A DNA stretch of 64,000 nucleotides from the human T2T-CHM13v2.0 reference genome, Homo sapiens: the NCBI RefSeq assembly GCF_009914755.1, contig NC_060931.1. One strand, 5' to 3'. The notes beneath the pieces were generated by a model that saw only the letters and a list, made by a program, of their open reading frames with translations, had not been told where the DNA came from and made no database searches. Every line of letters starts with the position of its first letter. Position 1 is the first letter of the stretch. A program made the position numbers and the translations under genes. Positions 1 to 14,503 of the stretch are shown piece after piece.

Positions 1-3000
1 GTGATGAGCAACATGAAGATATTGGTATAATAAGCAGTTCTGGCATTTATCCTTTTTTTTTTTTTTGAAGGTAAGAGTGAATTTTGAGGTCAGTATTATT
101 CACTAGGGAGAAAATACTCTTACTCTACCTCCCCAAAATTAAGAAACACAGTAAAATCTTCTTTGCTACTTTGCAATTCTTTTTCAAATAATTCTGTCTC
201 AGATAAGACCATTATTATCCAGATTACCAATAGTTTGATAGTTCTATGAACAGCACTGTAGAAAAATGATTATATCATACTTAGATTTTTATTTCCTTCT
301 TTACCACATGCCAGAAAATCCCTAAAAGTATTAGCTCTCTTGACCCACGGCATCAAAATGATCTACTGTTAAGTAGAGCAACATCTTGATGACATGGCAA
401 GTCTAGGAATACTAACTCATGAACAGTATCTAAAATATGACTCCCAGTCTTAGGCATATAATGCTGTAATTTCCAGGATGGCTGGTTTAATATGTTTTTT
501 GTTTTGTTTTCATGCTGTTTTATTCCTCTCCTAGTACAAAAACCTATGCTATATAACATTTTATGTATCTGAGCATTTTATTTAATAACATGACTACCTA
601 TATAAATTTGTTCCATTAATGTTTAAATTTTATAAAAGTATAATTGGTTATTTTCTAGTAGCTAGCTTCTTGCTTGATAATATTCAAAGCAACTTGTTTT
701 TATTACTCTTATTACCTTACTGTACATCATATATCCACAGGGTACTTTGGAATACAGAGTTCAAGACAAGAGGGAAAATCTACTGGGAAGATGAGAATTT
801 GGTCCTAAGTGTGCTATTTTACCAATTCTCTGATCACGGGTAAAATAAATGCATGAGGAATGGCTACATAGGGAATGCGGTTGAGTCAACGGTCTGCCTG
901 GTTGGTATGCTCTCCGCTGCTGTCCCTGACGTCTGACAGTGTGTGCACATCCCACCATGCAGAGCAGCTTCTGGCTCTCATGAAATACAGGCTTGATTTG
1001 CCTCGCCTATGCCTGCACATAGAGGCAGCTCATGCTTTGTCGAAGTTCAGGGGCCGTAGCCAAAACAGCAGCAGTTTGATTCAAGGGTAAGAAGCAGAGC
1101 AGGAAAAAATGGTTACTGTATCGGATAATGCTTTGTGGCAGCCCAGGAGGGAAGTGTCCTGGGGCTTCTCAGTCCCAAGTGACAGGGATGGCAATTGTGA
1201 CTGAAAGGAGCCCACAGATATTACTTTAATTAAGAACAGTTCCATTCTGCATGAACAGAAATCCTCTAATTACTCTTGGATCTGTCAAGAACTGTTCTTG
1301 ACAGAGCAAACAAATTTAATTTTGGTAAAATATGGTCACCAAAGTTAAGATAATTCATTATTTTATGAATAGAAATTGTAAATTGAGAGAAATGAATATG
1401 TCCAAAGTTTTTGGTCAGCCCAAATTATCAATTAAACAATTATTTGGATAGGGAAGTCTAGACTTTATGTCTATACCTCTGTTTTGCCCACCAAAAAATA
1501 CCCATGGGGGAATTTAGCGTTTATTAACGAGAAAACATATTTCAAGGACAATGCTGTATGGGGGAACATAATATGCAAGCAAAATTTTCATTCTAAGCAT
1601 CTACTAAAAATGGATATTAAGGATTAAGAGAGGTCAAATAAAGTAGAAAAATAAAATCAATAAAAATCTTCAAAAATATTCTGTACTTGAACTAAAAACA
1701 TGCTTCCTTTATACTTGAAATACTTTTTTTCATAATATATAGAAAAAGAACCAGGTTCTAAAAGCAACTGTCTTCCACTTTCTGTTTTATATTTATGTTT
1801 AAACTGAGGCTACTAGTAATAATCTCTGTTTTGACTATCAGACTTACAAACCTTTCTTTCTGGCTAAATGTGACAGTGCGTGATTTATTGTACTTAATAT
1901 TTTGTCCCTCAGTCACTTTCCTGGCTGAATTTCCCAAACCTCATTAGGGGACTTCTTCCAGTTCATGGCAGATGGACAATGACCACAGGATATAAAATGA
2001 ACAGCTGTCCTCCTCCCTGCTTGTGCCTTTCTCCCTTCCAGTCCTATCCCTCTTCCCTCACTTCCAAAATATTTGTATTTCTTCATTGTCACTGGTACTC
2101 CTACCATAATGGAGAGAGGGATCCATTCTCTCCCAATTTATGGAAGGCCAAGCCACATTCCAACCACTTCCAAGTGCCCACCCCCTGAAGGTTTTCTCCC
2201 AAGCCCACAGTAGTTTCATTGCCATGTTGCATGAAACACGAGGAAGAGAAATGTGTCTGGCTTTGCCAGGTTCCCTGCCAGGCCGTCCTCCTTTCCCCAG
2301 GGCCCATGTAAACTACGCCCGAATGCTCATGCCTGGCCCATTTTCTAGGAGGACTAATCCCCATCCCGGGCAGCAAGTGTTAACTGTCTCCCCTCCACCA
2401 CTCATGGCAATCTGGAGACAGCATTAGTATCATTGTTGCTGTCTGGCTCTGACCTTGGTCCCCAGTTCTTAGCAGGGCTCCTGCATCTTGTTCTTCCTAC
2501 AGGGTGCCATTCCCGTAACCTTCACAGTGACGCCTGACCCTCTGGTGGTACCATGCCTGCTCTTGTCAATCTCTTTCCCAAATAATGAAGTCCTCCCTCC
2601 AGCCCTCCCTCTTTCCTGGACTTTCTAACAAATTAAACTCTCATTCTCCTCTGTAGTCTGCATCTGTTAATCAGCAATGTTTACTGCCATACTTGTTTTC
2701 TTCTCCCACGTGGACTCTCTCCCCACCTCCTCCCCTCTATTTGATAATGAACTTCTCAAAGATTGGGGCAGCGTCTTAGGCTTTGCTTTCTCTACAGGGA
2801 ACGTAAGCACATTATGATACATATAATAAATATTCTAAAGAGCTTAAAGATCTTCTCTTTGACAGATGAGTCCCTGGTTAATTGACAAGAAACTGGAAAC
2901 TGCAGGCTCAGACTAAATTCTAACAATGCCCATGGATTTCATTTAGCATACTCCCTTGCTTCAGAAGTCAAGAATGCAGATAGTATTCAGCACCAATGTG

Positions 3001-6000
3001 GAACAGTATGAAATCCCTAACCTAACCTAGGAATTCAATTTAGTTACATTGTTTTTAGTTCTAGGTGTGTGCCAAATTCTGTCTTATATACAGAAAGGGA
3101 CACTTGTAAGTTCCTTAGCCCTCAAGGAATATTTAAGTTAGAAAAGGTGAAAGTGAATGTGCAGAAATGGTCAGTGTATCTATCAAAGCAGAGTGAAGTA
3201 CCTGTCATAAAATAAATTCAGAGCAAGTGGGGTTTCAGAGATATCAGTCTGGGGCAACGGGATGAGTTTTCATGGAGGAGTGGTGTTTGAGAGACCATTT
3301 GGTCTACATCAATAATGAATTTCTTCTCATCCTGTAGTTCACTGCTGTATTCCTTCTACTAGTACAGTCCCCCCAAAATGTTAATAGCACGAATTTATGA
3401 ATGAATTACTGACATTTTTCTAAGCCTCATTAGATGAGTGACAAATTGAATATCTCAAAAGAGAAAGGGGATAATACCTGTGTCAAATTGCGCATTTTAA
3501 TTCATATAAAAATATTTAATTATCAGTTCTAATAATTAAAAAACACTTATAATCAATCTCAACAATCTTTGCCAGAATTTTGGGTTTAGTGGTATTTTAC
3601 AGGATTTCAGAATATTCTCTTTTATTACTTAAGCTAGGGCTTAAGAATTTGGGGTGAGGTGGATTTGAGATAAATATATATTTATAAATATTATAGATAA
3701 ATATACGTATGTTTTATATATATATATTTCATTTAAACTCATTTAAAAAAATAGACATTCCCTAAAAAGGTCATCTCTGGGATGACAAAGCAGGATACCC
3801 TGCATCATAATCAGTTTCACACCTTTACTTACCAAATTTTAGTTAACATAGAGGTATTCCATATATAAAACAAAAAAAAAAATTTGTTTTAATATAGATA
3901 TTTGAAGATCTGGAAATTAAGTCTTAAATCTTAGTTGAATACATTTATATCCAAGAATCTTACCCTTAAATAAAACACGTATTTAACCTTATAAAACATA
4001 TGTATTATTTTTGCCATTAAAATTTTCTAATGTTTCATTTATTTTTGTTTTGGGCTTAGGTCACCAAATATTTTGTTAGTCTTATACTTAGAGGTGTCCA
4101 TGTTTCAGAAGAGGTGTTCACTATTTCATAATAAGTTCCCCAAGGTCTTACTCACCAGGGAGAGTGATTCTGGAAAAAAAAATGAGAATCTAATTTTAAA
4201 TATATTTCAGTAAGTTCGTGGAGGAAATGAGCAACAATTCATACCAAGATATGGAGGAATCGATTTCTCCTCCTCTTGAACTACCTGTTCTAAAAGAGTT
4301 GAGAGAGAATTTCTCTACTGAATCAAGTTCTGAGTAATTAAGATGTTTATGAATTAGGCTCAAGGGAAAAATCAACTGCTTTTCTTATGCTAAATGAAAT
4401 AGAATACCTTTTACCAGTGACATTTTATCCTTTACATCTATTAAAGAAAAAATAATACCAGATCTCTTTTCTTTCACAAAGCAATATTCCAATTCAGCTA
4501 AGAGTATTTTTAGCTTTTGTAATTTCCAGTTTTTATTTTTCAAAATACACTCGTGTAAACAGAGTGGCTCTCATTCATCTCTGAGACTCCGTAGCATGTA
4601 CAGTACAGAAGGACAATAATTCAAGCCTAAGAACATCTGTGTATCTTAATAAGTAAATATAAAGCATTTATGATTTAATGACTTCCTTCTGTCTTGAAAT
4701 GATAAAAACAAAAACAAAGCAGCAAAAAAAAAAAAAAAAATTAAACACACGTACAAAAATAAAACCCGAATGTTTAGGACATCTGTAAGTAAAACTCAAG
4801 AGAAAAGGTACTAATTCTATAAATCATGAACAAATAATAGATTCTAGTTAGCTCAGTAATTACGTACTGATAAACACTTGCATATGTATTTCTGTCTACT
4901 TGTTTCACTTAAAGTATAGTTTACTGGTGATTCTGTTTCTTTCTGGGTAATCATTTCCATTGACTGTGGTCCTCAGATCACCTCCCCCAAGCCCCCTCTT
5001 GCCATGAAATGTCTGCATCACATCAGTTTAACACTTGGTAACATACTATTATAGATGTCTTTGTAATGGTTACTTGTCACTCAGGGAAGCAATATTTATG
5101 AGCATCTATTTATTATGAGTCCCTGGGCTAGTGACTGAGGATACTGTGATGGACAAGATAGATTTGTCTGGCAAGCCAAACTATTTATTCTTCATGGTGT
5201 GTTTTTAAATGCTTTACCTTTATTCCTTGTTTGGCTAATGAATCCTATTAATCTGATGTAAGAGGTAAGCTAAATTGAACAAGTATATTACTTGGTAAAT
5301 TCTTTTAGAGTGACTCAATGCAGATCTCTATCAAGGAAGTGACAAAGAACCCCTAACACAACTACCCAAACAATTTTTCTGAAGAATTAATTTCATTCTA
5401 TTTCTCTATTGCTCAAGAGAGAAAGAGGTTCTTTTGCAGACCTCTATTAAATAACTAAAGAACAACATTATTTTACTTTTAAAAAGTTAAATTAAATGAG
5501 TTTAAAACCTCCATTTAACATTTATCCCTCTATTAAGTAAGTTGAAGCCCTGAGCTGATACAGATTAGTCTTCAGATAGATGCAACTTTATCTGACATTG
5601 CTCATAGCTACCAGGCCCAGTTCCTCTGCTCTAGGAGGGCACGCATGTTCCCCTCCAATGTCCTGCCTGTATTCACTCTGCCTCTTCACTTGAAAAACCT
5701 TTCCCTGTCCTTTCAAGTGACTTGGGTTGTTGGCAGGGATTCTCCTTCCTAAGAAGCCTTCCTCAAGAACCTCATTAGGCACTGCCACCCTGGGGACATA
5801 TACACAGACCCACCCTGTTTACAACAATGCCGTTTTCTAGAGATTTCATGCTCTCTATGTACCCAGTGCCTTCTACTACATTGTTAAGTGCTGTAAAAAC
5901 GTTCTGTTTTCTCACTTATTTTGTTTTCCCAGTTGAAGCCAGCTCAAGCAAATACTGAGCACACAACAAATATTCAGTGAAATTTTGTTAAGTGAATGAT

Positions 6001-6409
6001 GGACACAAGGTACTACCGCCATTTCCTTTGGGTCCTCAACCCTGCCTGAGAAAGTAGAGTTCGGAGGCATCTGTAGGATAACACTTTGCAAGGATGTCAT
6101 CTCAAATTTTTCTTCCTATCCCAGAGGAAATCTAAAGGAAGTGGGCAAATGCCCCTAAGGCTACTACCATAAATTCCATAAGTTGCGTCTAATGAATCAA
6201 GTGAGGATGGTAGCAAATCGATGTCTCAGCACAGAAATGGATAAGAGATCTTTCACTGGAATGGAAAAATGAAAAGTTCTTCTACGAATATTTTAGGACA
6301 CTTTCCAAGATGATTTAGCTGTGGATAACATGATAAATTTCATCTTGCAGAACTGCATTTTCAGGATTCTTTGACTTTAAAAATCATTGGTTAAGACAGC
6401 CTTACATTT

Positions 6410-6584
6410 ATGTATATATATGTATGTGTGTGTATATGTATATATACACAAGTACATAATCTATATACACATGTATAATATACATAATTATATAAACACA
6501 TCAGATACACACATGTATGTATACATATATAATGTAATATATGTATATATTGTATAAACATTGTGTGTGTGTGTGTGTGTGTGT
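6410..6584. repeat. TA/TG-rich low-complexity tract ending in a (TG)~11 microsatellite
   Basis: tatgtatatatatgtatgtgtg..., then tgtgtgtgtgtgtgtgtgtgtgt at about 6562-6584. Confidence 0.9.
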
Positions 6585-9519
6585 ATTTGAAAGAACTGAG
6601 AGAGTATTGCTGCTAAACATTGGCATATGGAATTTATTTGAGACACCCCTTAGTAATTCAAGCAATTTTTGTATGAGGAACTTGGGAGTCTTTTGGATAA
6701 CATTTGTTATGCAACTGAAAATGTTTACAAGAGCAATATGAAAGTATCAACACAATAATTTCTCCAATTGTGGTTATACATGCCCAATTATGAACATAAT
6801 TGACCACTTAGGTTATAATAATAGAATTCCCTAGAAAACTGCTTGAATCATTGTGTTATACAGTGAACATTTAACATTTAATATCCTAAAGGACTTCCTA
6901 AGGAGTGACACTAAAACTAACTGGACATATTATTATTAGTATAGATTTGGAGAATTCCACAGTACACAAGGAAATGTAAATGTTGAATTGTTAACATATA
7001 GTTTTTTATAACATAATCTTAATATAATTTTTGAACTGAGTATAAATAAAATGGCTATTATGGCTGCTATTGGATTGGTTGGATTCATTTTAATTTGCTA
7101 TTTTGGTATCTGATTACTATGGATACCCACAATTATGGCATTTCTAGAATTTGTGAGTGTTCCTCAGTCTGGCCCTCATATCACCCAAATAAACAGAATG
7201 ATGTCACACCCTTATACCTCGTAAACATCCATATAAACAAATGATAATGAGATACACAAAACATTTCTGGAAAGTTCTGCCCGCTATACGGTATTCACCA
7301 CATACCACCACACACCATACAACAGATGGTTTGCTACTACATTGTTTCTTTGCCATTCTAACTCTTCTTGGTTTCCCCCAATTTTTTACTCTCAAAGTGT
7401 AGTAAGTAAATTCACCAATGAAGTTTATAAACAATAAATTACAATTTCTTTTACTAAATTGTTCCATTTCATTCCTAAGGATATGTTAAAATTTCACTTC
7501 TGGTTCTAAAACTGCCACCTGAAAAGATTTATAAATGTATTTTTAGTTATAAACTTGAGATCTCTTTTTCTCATTTCCTTCCTCCCTCTTTCCTTCCTCC
7601 TTCCACCCTTCCTTCATTTTCTCCTTGCCATCTCTCTCTCTCTCTCTCTCTTTCCCCAATTCTGTTACTCTTCCAGTCTTCCAGCAGGATTCAAATCCGT
7701 GCTTTAAATAATATAAGTTGGCCTGATGGCTACAGTCCTCAGGCTTGTGGGGAGACCAAGGGCTCTTGCTAAGTCCCATGTTTATGTCTAGTCCCGAGAC
7801 CTTGGCCCTGGTGCTTGCTATGGGTTTTGAGTCTTAGGTAATAAACCCTTCATTCTCTGATTACCTCCTCTTCTTGGTACTTTTTCATCAAGTCTGTTGT
7901 AATTGGTACAAATGAAAGGCAAGGAAATAGAGAATCTATGCCATATTAGCAGTATACTATTCACCAAAATAGTAATTTTTCCCTGTAATAAAGGATAATT
8001 TAATTGGTGTAGGAGCTCTCCACCCTTGAACAAAGTACAAATAATATTAGAATTAGGAGACATATATTTTAAAATTGATTCTCTTGTGTTCTTTAATTGC
8101 TTAAAGACAATATCTGAAACTAATGTTCATCTCTCTAACAAAAAGAACAAGTACTCAGAATACTGATACATTATTAACCATTATTCAGCTTATGTTATAT
8201 ATTAATAGCATAATTAAACACGTTTATTGTGATTAAGAGGCTCTAAGTTGCCTGTCACGCTACAGTTAAAAAAATTTGTTTTTGTAGCACCACAACTCTT
8301 TAAAAATAAAACTTTTTTTGATTATAAAAACATTACGTGTTTGCTACAGAACAGGATACACTTGTTAATAAGTCAAAGAAAACTCTTTCATCAAAAAAAC
8401 CATTATTTTTGTTTTTCCTAACACTTTACTTATGATCACACATGGACTTCTGAACTGTCTGTAAATTGTTGTAGGTAATACTGTCAACTGGAGAAGAAAA
8501 TAACCCAAAATGTAATCAGGTGACTTCACATAGTACCTCCTACACAGGCTGAAACAAGGCACAGTGATGAAAAAGTGACAAATACATGACTTAAAGAAAA
8601 CTGTTCTTCAGCACAATCAACCACAGTGGGCTCCTGGCTGTAGAACACTGACTTGCAATTTGGAATAGAAGAATCCTGAGAGAAACAGTCCTTTTGCTAA
8701 CGGCAGACCTTCTAAGATATGGAAGCGACTGGAGGATGCTGTTCTGAGCATGGCTGGGGGACACCTGCAATTCTCATGCCATAGGAAATGGTCAGGAGGG
8801 GGTTTCGCTCTAATGGGACCTAGGCCCCATTAAAAGACAACATGTTTCTTCCCCTAGAACATTTCCTCTGTAAATTTATACAAGTTATTTATAAATACAT
8901 ACCCTTGAAAAATAAAATGGAAGGTAATAGAATAGACAGCAGAACTGCAAACACCTGATCAGAAGGCACCTTATTTTACTGAATGCTTTGGGTAGGAACT
9001 TTTAGCTCTAAAACAAAAGCACTTAAAGGAAACACTGCCAGATATGGTCATTGTTTTCATTATCTATGTTTGAATTTAACATAGATTATTTATGCCAAAC
9101 ATAAAGCCTTAATTGGTTTCTTTCGGTTACCAGTAATTATCTTTCTCACTACCAGTTAGTCAGAGCTCAGGAAATGGAACATATTTCAATCTTAATCTGA
9201 GCAAAACACAACCAGCAAGGTAATCCTGCTGTAATAGAATAAGCCAATGTATGCAAAATACATATGTAAATCATCTTAAGATTTTTTTGAATTATCTGCA
9301 GTATTTTTAATACCATTCACTGCTGGAGAGAAGTGAGAACAGAATGTAACATTTAAAAATATTTATTTCACTTTAAAAATGTTGTAGATTATTTACTGCA
9401 AAATTAAGACTTACTATTCTGTAAATCCAAAAGCATCTGGCATTATAATCCTGATTGCACACTATGTTTAAAGCAAACATTTCCAAATTAAATCGTTATA
9501 ACTGCTAAAAAACACTTAC

Positions 9520-9571
9520 CAATGGAAAATTGGAGGACAGAAGCTGTTGTTGTATTAAGGCCTGTGGTAAT
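9520..9571 (-). CDS. RELN: Reelin coding exon (exon 8, 52 nt): ITTGLNTTTASVLQFSI(G), containing an N-T-T glycosylation sequon
   Basis: Minus strand reads ttttttctttag|ATTACCACAGGC...TTTTCCATTG|gtaagt. In frame after exon 7. Confidence 0.97.
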
Positions 9572-10036
9572 CTAAAGAAAAAAGAATACATAAAAATAAG
9601 ACAAGACAGAGAGGAGAAAGAGGAGAAAGATGCTGGGAGGGGTACGGGGAGGGGAAGAGTTAAAAAAGAGGAGAGAGGAAATCCATTAACAGAAGTTGCA
9701 TTTATCCAGTTGTTAGTTCATTTTATCAATGTGTCTGAACACAGACCTGTTTCTTCTTCCCCTGTGGGGAATAAAGAAGTGAAATCCTGACTTGGAGACA
9801 GATAGCATATTTCTCAATGTCCTTTCACAAACTGTTCTTAGTGGAATCCAGCAGGTTATCTTGTGAAGGCATTTAACAAAGCTCCTCTCCACTCATTCCA
9901 CCATCTCCCTTCCATCCTACCAGATCAATAGATCGGGGACCCAAAGAGAATGTAGCAAAAGGGCTACCGAACAAAAATTGGGAGATAAACTAAGAACAAA
10001 TGAGTAGAATAAAATTATTTTGAAAAGGAAATAGAA

Positions 10037-10216
10037 CTACAATAGCTAAAGGTCATAGGCTTTCTTTGTGGAGGGGTGTGATGAAATGGTCTAAAATTGA
10101 CTGTAATAATGGTTCCATAACTTTGTAAATAAACCAGAAGCCTTGAACTGTACACTTTAAAGAAGGTAGAATCTGTGGATTATTTCTCAATAAAACTGTT
10201 ACCAAAAAAAATGAAG
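10037..10216 (+). mobile_element. Old L1M (L1MB/MC-type) 3' end fragment
   Basis: Typical L1M terminus ...gaactgtacactttaaa...ctcaataaaactgttaccaaaaaaaa. Flanked by a TSD-like pair gaaaaggaaatagaa / gaaaagaaatagaa. Confidence 0.7.
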
Positions 10217-10552
10217 AAAAGAAATAGAATTATGAACCTAGAAATAGTCTTCTGACAAGTTTCTGCTACTTTTCCTTAGTTTCATGCTTAAGAAGCATGC
10301 TTAAGCAAAATTTCCCCCTTCTGAAAGAAGAATGGTGCTTCTTTAATTTTAAAATTTTATTTATTTATCCTTTAGAGCAGTAGCTTTGACCCATACCAGC
10401 TCAAATGAGACAAAAATTAAGGTTCTCATTTTGCTGGGTTCTGAAATTCTGTACACTACAATATAGGACATTTCAGTTACTCCACCGTATGCAATAGAAA
10501 GTGGATAAGTCTTCACTGTGGCAGAGGCAGTAGGTTGTCTTACTTTTGCTGC

Positions 10553-10603
10553 TTTTTTTTTTCGTTGTTTTGTTTTTTTTGAGACAGACTCTCTCTCTGT
10601 TGC
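10553..10603 (-). mobile_element. Extremely 5'-truncated Alu (last ~23 nt plus A-rich tail)
   Basis: The reverse complement gcaacagagagagagtctgtctc-aaaa... matches the Alu 3' end. Flanks acttttgctgctt / actttgcttctt resemble a TSD. Confidence 0.65.
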
Positions 10604-11650
10604 ACTTTGCTTCTTATATGTCTTAATAACATCTTTAGACATATCCTTGCACTTTGTTAGCCCTTATATGACAGAGTCCACAATTGCAGAAGGGTCAAGT
10701 GCTATACAATTCATGAAGAGCTGTAGGAAATGAGTGAGCAAGCCTCTTGCTCTGTCGGAATTCAGTTGGGATGTGAATATTAAAAGATCAGATACATGTG
10801 AATATCAAAATATCTATATCATGACTTGGAGAGGTGACTGAACGTGTGCTTTAAATACACGGCTATAAAGCTACTGCTAGTGCATTAAATGTACTGAAGA
10901 GTCTTAGATACTTATCCTGATGGTGTAATAAATGATGCTTGTGTCACCTACTTGATCAAGTTCCACAGCTGTGACCTCTGCTAGCGAACAGCAAGTTGTG
11001 TGGAATATCGCCAAATTTCAAATTATGTGTGCTAACTGAGGGTGACCCTAGACTTTGATTGGTTACTGATTCTAATTTTTTTCACCAGGGAAGTTTAGGA
11101 CTGGTATAATGGTTGACTCTCATTTCTTTACCTTTACCCATTTATTTTATTAGTAAAATATCAGCTACAAGAAAGAACAGGAAAGATGAAGGAAAAAAAA
11201 AAAGAAGCACTGCCTATGAAATCTATTCTGAGATCTATTCACCTATATTTATACTTGAGTATTATAAATAAATATAAATTATACCTATATTTATAATTGG
11301 GTAATATAAATTATTAATCTTGAGTTCAAATATGAGTTATTAAGCCTTTATATTTGACATGCTGAAAACAAAAGGGGCCCTTAAAGAGCTTTTGATAAAT
11401 AATATGGTAACTATGAATGGCTGATACATAACTTTTTTCTTACCAAATCTCTCTTAAATTATAAATACACTCAAAACTATAGGAAATTAGTATGATAACT
11501 AAATGAATCAGAAGAAATCACTGTAGGTCAAAGCTGTTCATTCTGTACTTTTTCTCTAAAATTTTTTATTGAGTTTGATATTGTTTTAGTCCAAACTCAC
11601 CCTTGTAATTAAAATGCATTTTCAAATATGTGAGAATAATTCAGTAAATA

Positions 11651-11975
11651 GGCCTGGTGCAGAGGCTCATGCCTATAATCCCAGCACTTTAGGAAGCCAA
11701 GGCAGTAGGACTGCTTGAGCCCAGGAGTTCAAGACCAGCCTAGGCAACATAGGGAGACCTCATCTCTACAAACAATTTAAAAAAATTAGCTGGGTGTGGT
11801 GGTGCATGCCTGTAGTCCCAGCTACTTAGGAGGCTGAGGCAGGAGGCTGAGGTGGGAGGATGAGGTCATAGGATCACCTGAGCCCAGGAGGTCAGGGCTG
11901 CAGTGAGCCATGATGGCACACCTGGACACCAGCCTAGGTGACAGAGTGAGGCCTTGTCTTAAAACATAATAGTAA
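11651..11975 (+). mobile_element. AluJ-type SINE with an internal short triplication
   Basis: Dimeric Alu with J diagnostics (gcttgagcccaggagttc, ggctgcagtgagccatgat). Confidence 0.92.
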
Positions 11976-14503
11976 TAATTTAGTGAAGAATTTCTTTTTT
12001 TAAAATGGAGGGTAACATAACTCATTTCATTTTAAATTCTGAGAGCATATTTTCCTTTAAATGAGTGAGAAAATGAATTCCTTTTTACCTTTATCTTATA
12101 CTAACAAAATTAATAAAGTTCAGTGTCACCACCTGAAATACAGAGACTTCACTGGGTTAAATAAAACCCAGTGAGGGGTGCATGGCACAGCAGTTAAAAA
12201 GAAACAAAAACTTGTGCTATGTCCAGGTAACAGTTTCTTCCACCCCTCACTGACTAACTTCTCCAGAAATGAAATGGCTATTTAACTACATTCACAAAAA
12301 TGGAGATCCTCCTTTTAGCATTTTAAAAGATAAATCCTTAGCCTAATAAGGTTCTTTGCTCGTGGTTCTTTTTCTTACAACTTCAGTAAGAATGGGCTTT
12401 ATGAAAAATAAGAAGGCATATTGTTTAAAAAGTGATGTTTGGGGGCTGATAACTTTCATTAGTTCTCATGCACAACAATTTTGACGGCATTCAGTCACAA
12501 AGTACCATGCAAATGTTTGGATTTTAGTAAATATTGAGTATAATGTTAACTGAAAACCGAATTCCTCACTTTTCATTTGATTGATCTGTCTTCTATAAAC
12601 ACAACTTGGGTACAATGTATATTTTTGCTTCAGGAACACCAATACAGTATAAAAATTATGAAAAATTAGAAGTTAGTATAAAATGTGGACATCATCGCCA
12701 TCATTCTCAATCTGTTTCATTTTATTCCCTTTGAATCTCACCATACAAATTCATCTTAGGAAAATACTTATAATGGAAATATAAAAACTACATACTTTCT
12801 TATTTCCCAAATGAAGATAATTATTTTGAGTATTTTCCTTTTTGGTTGAAAGGCTAATCCCACATTAATTATAAAACACAATTCAAAATTAGCCCACTGA
12901 ATATATCAACTCTAATGCTAAATAAACGGGGATATAGTGAAACAATCAGGACTAAACATACATAGGATTAACTAATACTTCAGTATTATGCTATGAAAAT
13001 GTGAATTTTGGCATTATATTCTTAGATATTTTTATTTCCTATTAACCAGTGGCAACAAAAATAACTTGTCAAGAATTTCCAGGAATATTACTAAATGAGA
13101 CACCTTCTAAAACAGGCATTTAGTCTAAGCTCAATTAACTACAGTAAAAAAATTAAATTTGTGTTAAGGTTTATAGATAATTAATTCTGTCATGGTATAT
13201 TATTTAAAATGTACTAGCAAATCTATTTTTTCAAGAAAATCTTCACCACCAGAGTCATACTTGTCTGCAGGAATATTATAGCACTTTTGAGGCTTGAATT
13301 ATGAGCACCTACTATTTTAATTTGCATCCAATTAATTCTGTTTGTGTTGTAATTTCAACTAAAAACTCCTCAATTTATCAATGCTCTGAAGCTTGTATCT
13401 TTAATAAATTAAATGTATCTATTGGCATGAAAGGGGTATTCAAGCATCATAAAATAAGAACCATCTTACAACAATTAATTGGCTTTCACATTTTGATAAC
13501 TAAATCTTCTTTTAATTGCCCATCTAGGCACCCCCTGCCCCACAATTTACATTGGAAGTCAGTCTTTTGACAACTTTTAAAGTTAATGATTTTGAAACAC
13601 AATTGTGACAGAAGGGTGAAAAATACAACCTATTACTAGAAGCCCTCTGAAAGGGAAGATGTGGGAAATAAAAGAACAAGCATTAAAGCCCAAGCTGAAA
13701 AGCAGAAAAGTAAAGCATAAGAGATGGTACAAGAAGAGTATTAGGGACAAAGGAATTGAGACAGGATATAACAATTGCTTTTATATTATTTTCCAGAAGG
13801 TAAAATGAAAGTAGTCTTCATGCCAGAAATAGTTACCAAATTAACAACAACCAAAAAAAGGCTCATTAGCCACATGCTGATGGCTAGTAGTTTTACTTCT
13901 TTCCATTTTGAATGCTCATGTTTCATTTTATATATGATTTGGCAAGCAAAAGCTGCTAATCAATCTGAAGTAAAGGAAAATAATCTGCTTCTAAGTAATT
14001 TGAGATGAATCAAAATTTTTAAAAAACTGGTATATTCAGCGTGCTCTTTCATGTAAAGAAAAATCCATCAGGTTCTTCTATGGCTATGAACCAAAGTTTT
14101 AAAATAAAGTGATAAAACTGAACATCTAACAGTTTTGACTTGCAAGGAGAAAATAAGGACAATTTTAAGAGCATGGCTTTATAGAAGAACTTAGAAGGTC
14201 ATAAATTGTTTATTATGGATATTATAGCAAATACTCATATTTTTAAAAAGCCATCTAATCATAGTGATGTTCCATGTTTAATGATATCCATTGATGCTGA
14301 CAATTTTATTACTGAATTATTTATTTTTACATCCAAAAATAGGCCATAGAATCACCCCTCCCAATTTTAAGATATTTGTAATAGGACTCATAAATCATAT
14401 TTGAATTTTCATCTGAACTTTAAGAGCATAAGAAAAACTTTTGTTGGCAAAAAGCTCAGTAAATACTATAATGGAATAATGTACATGAATAGCACATACT
14501 TAC

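Noticed and set aside
860-2600. Cluster of 64-95 aa ORFs and GC-richer patches, including a plus-strand aag|gtaag and a CRE-like tgacgtc
   Set aside because: No recognisable protein or exon chain. Possibly old LTR or regulatory sequence, but I cannot support a call.
1-9519. A further RELN exon (exon 9) downstream of exon 8
   Set aside because: I found no minus-strand segment continuing the reelin frame. It presumably lies beyond the left edge of the window.
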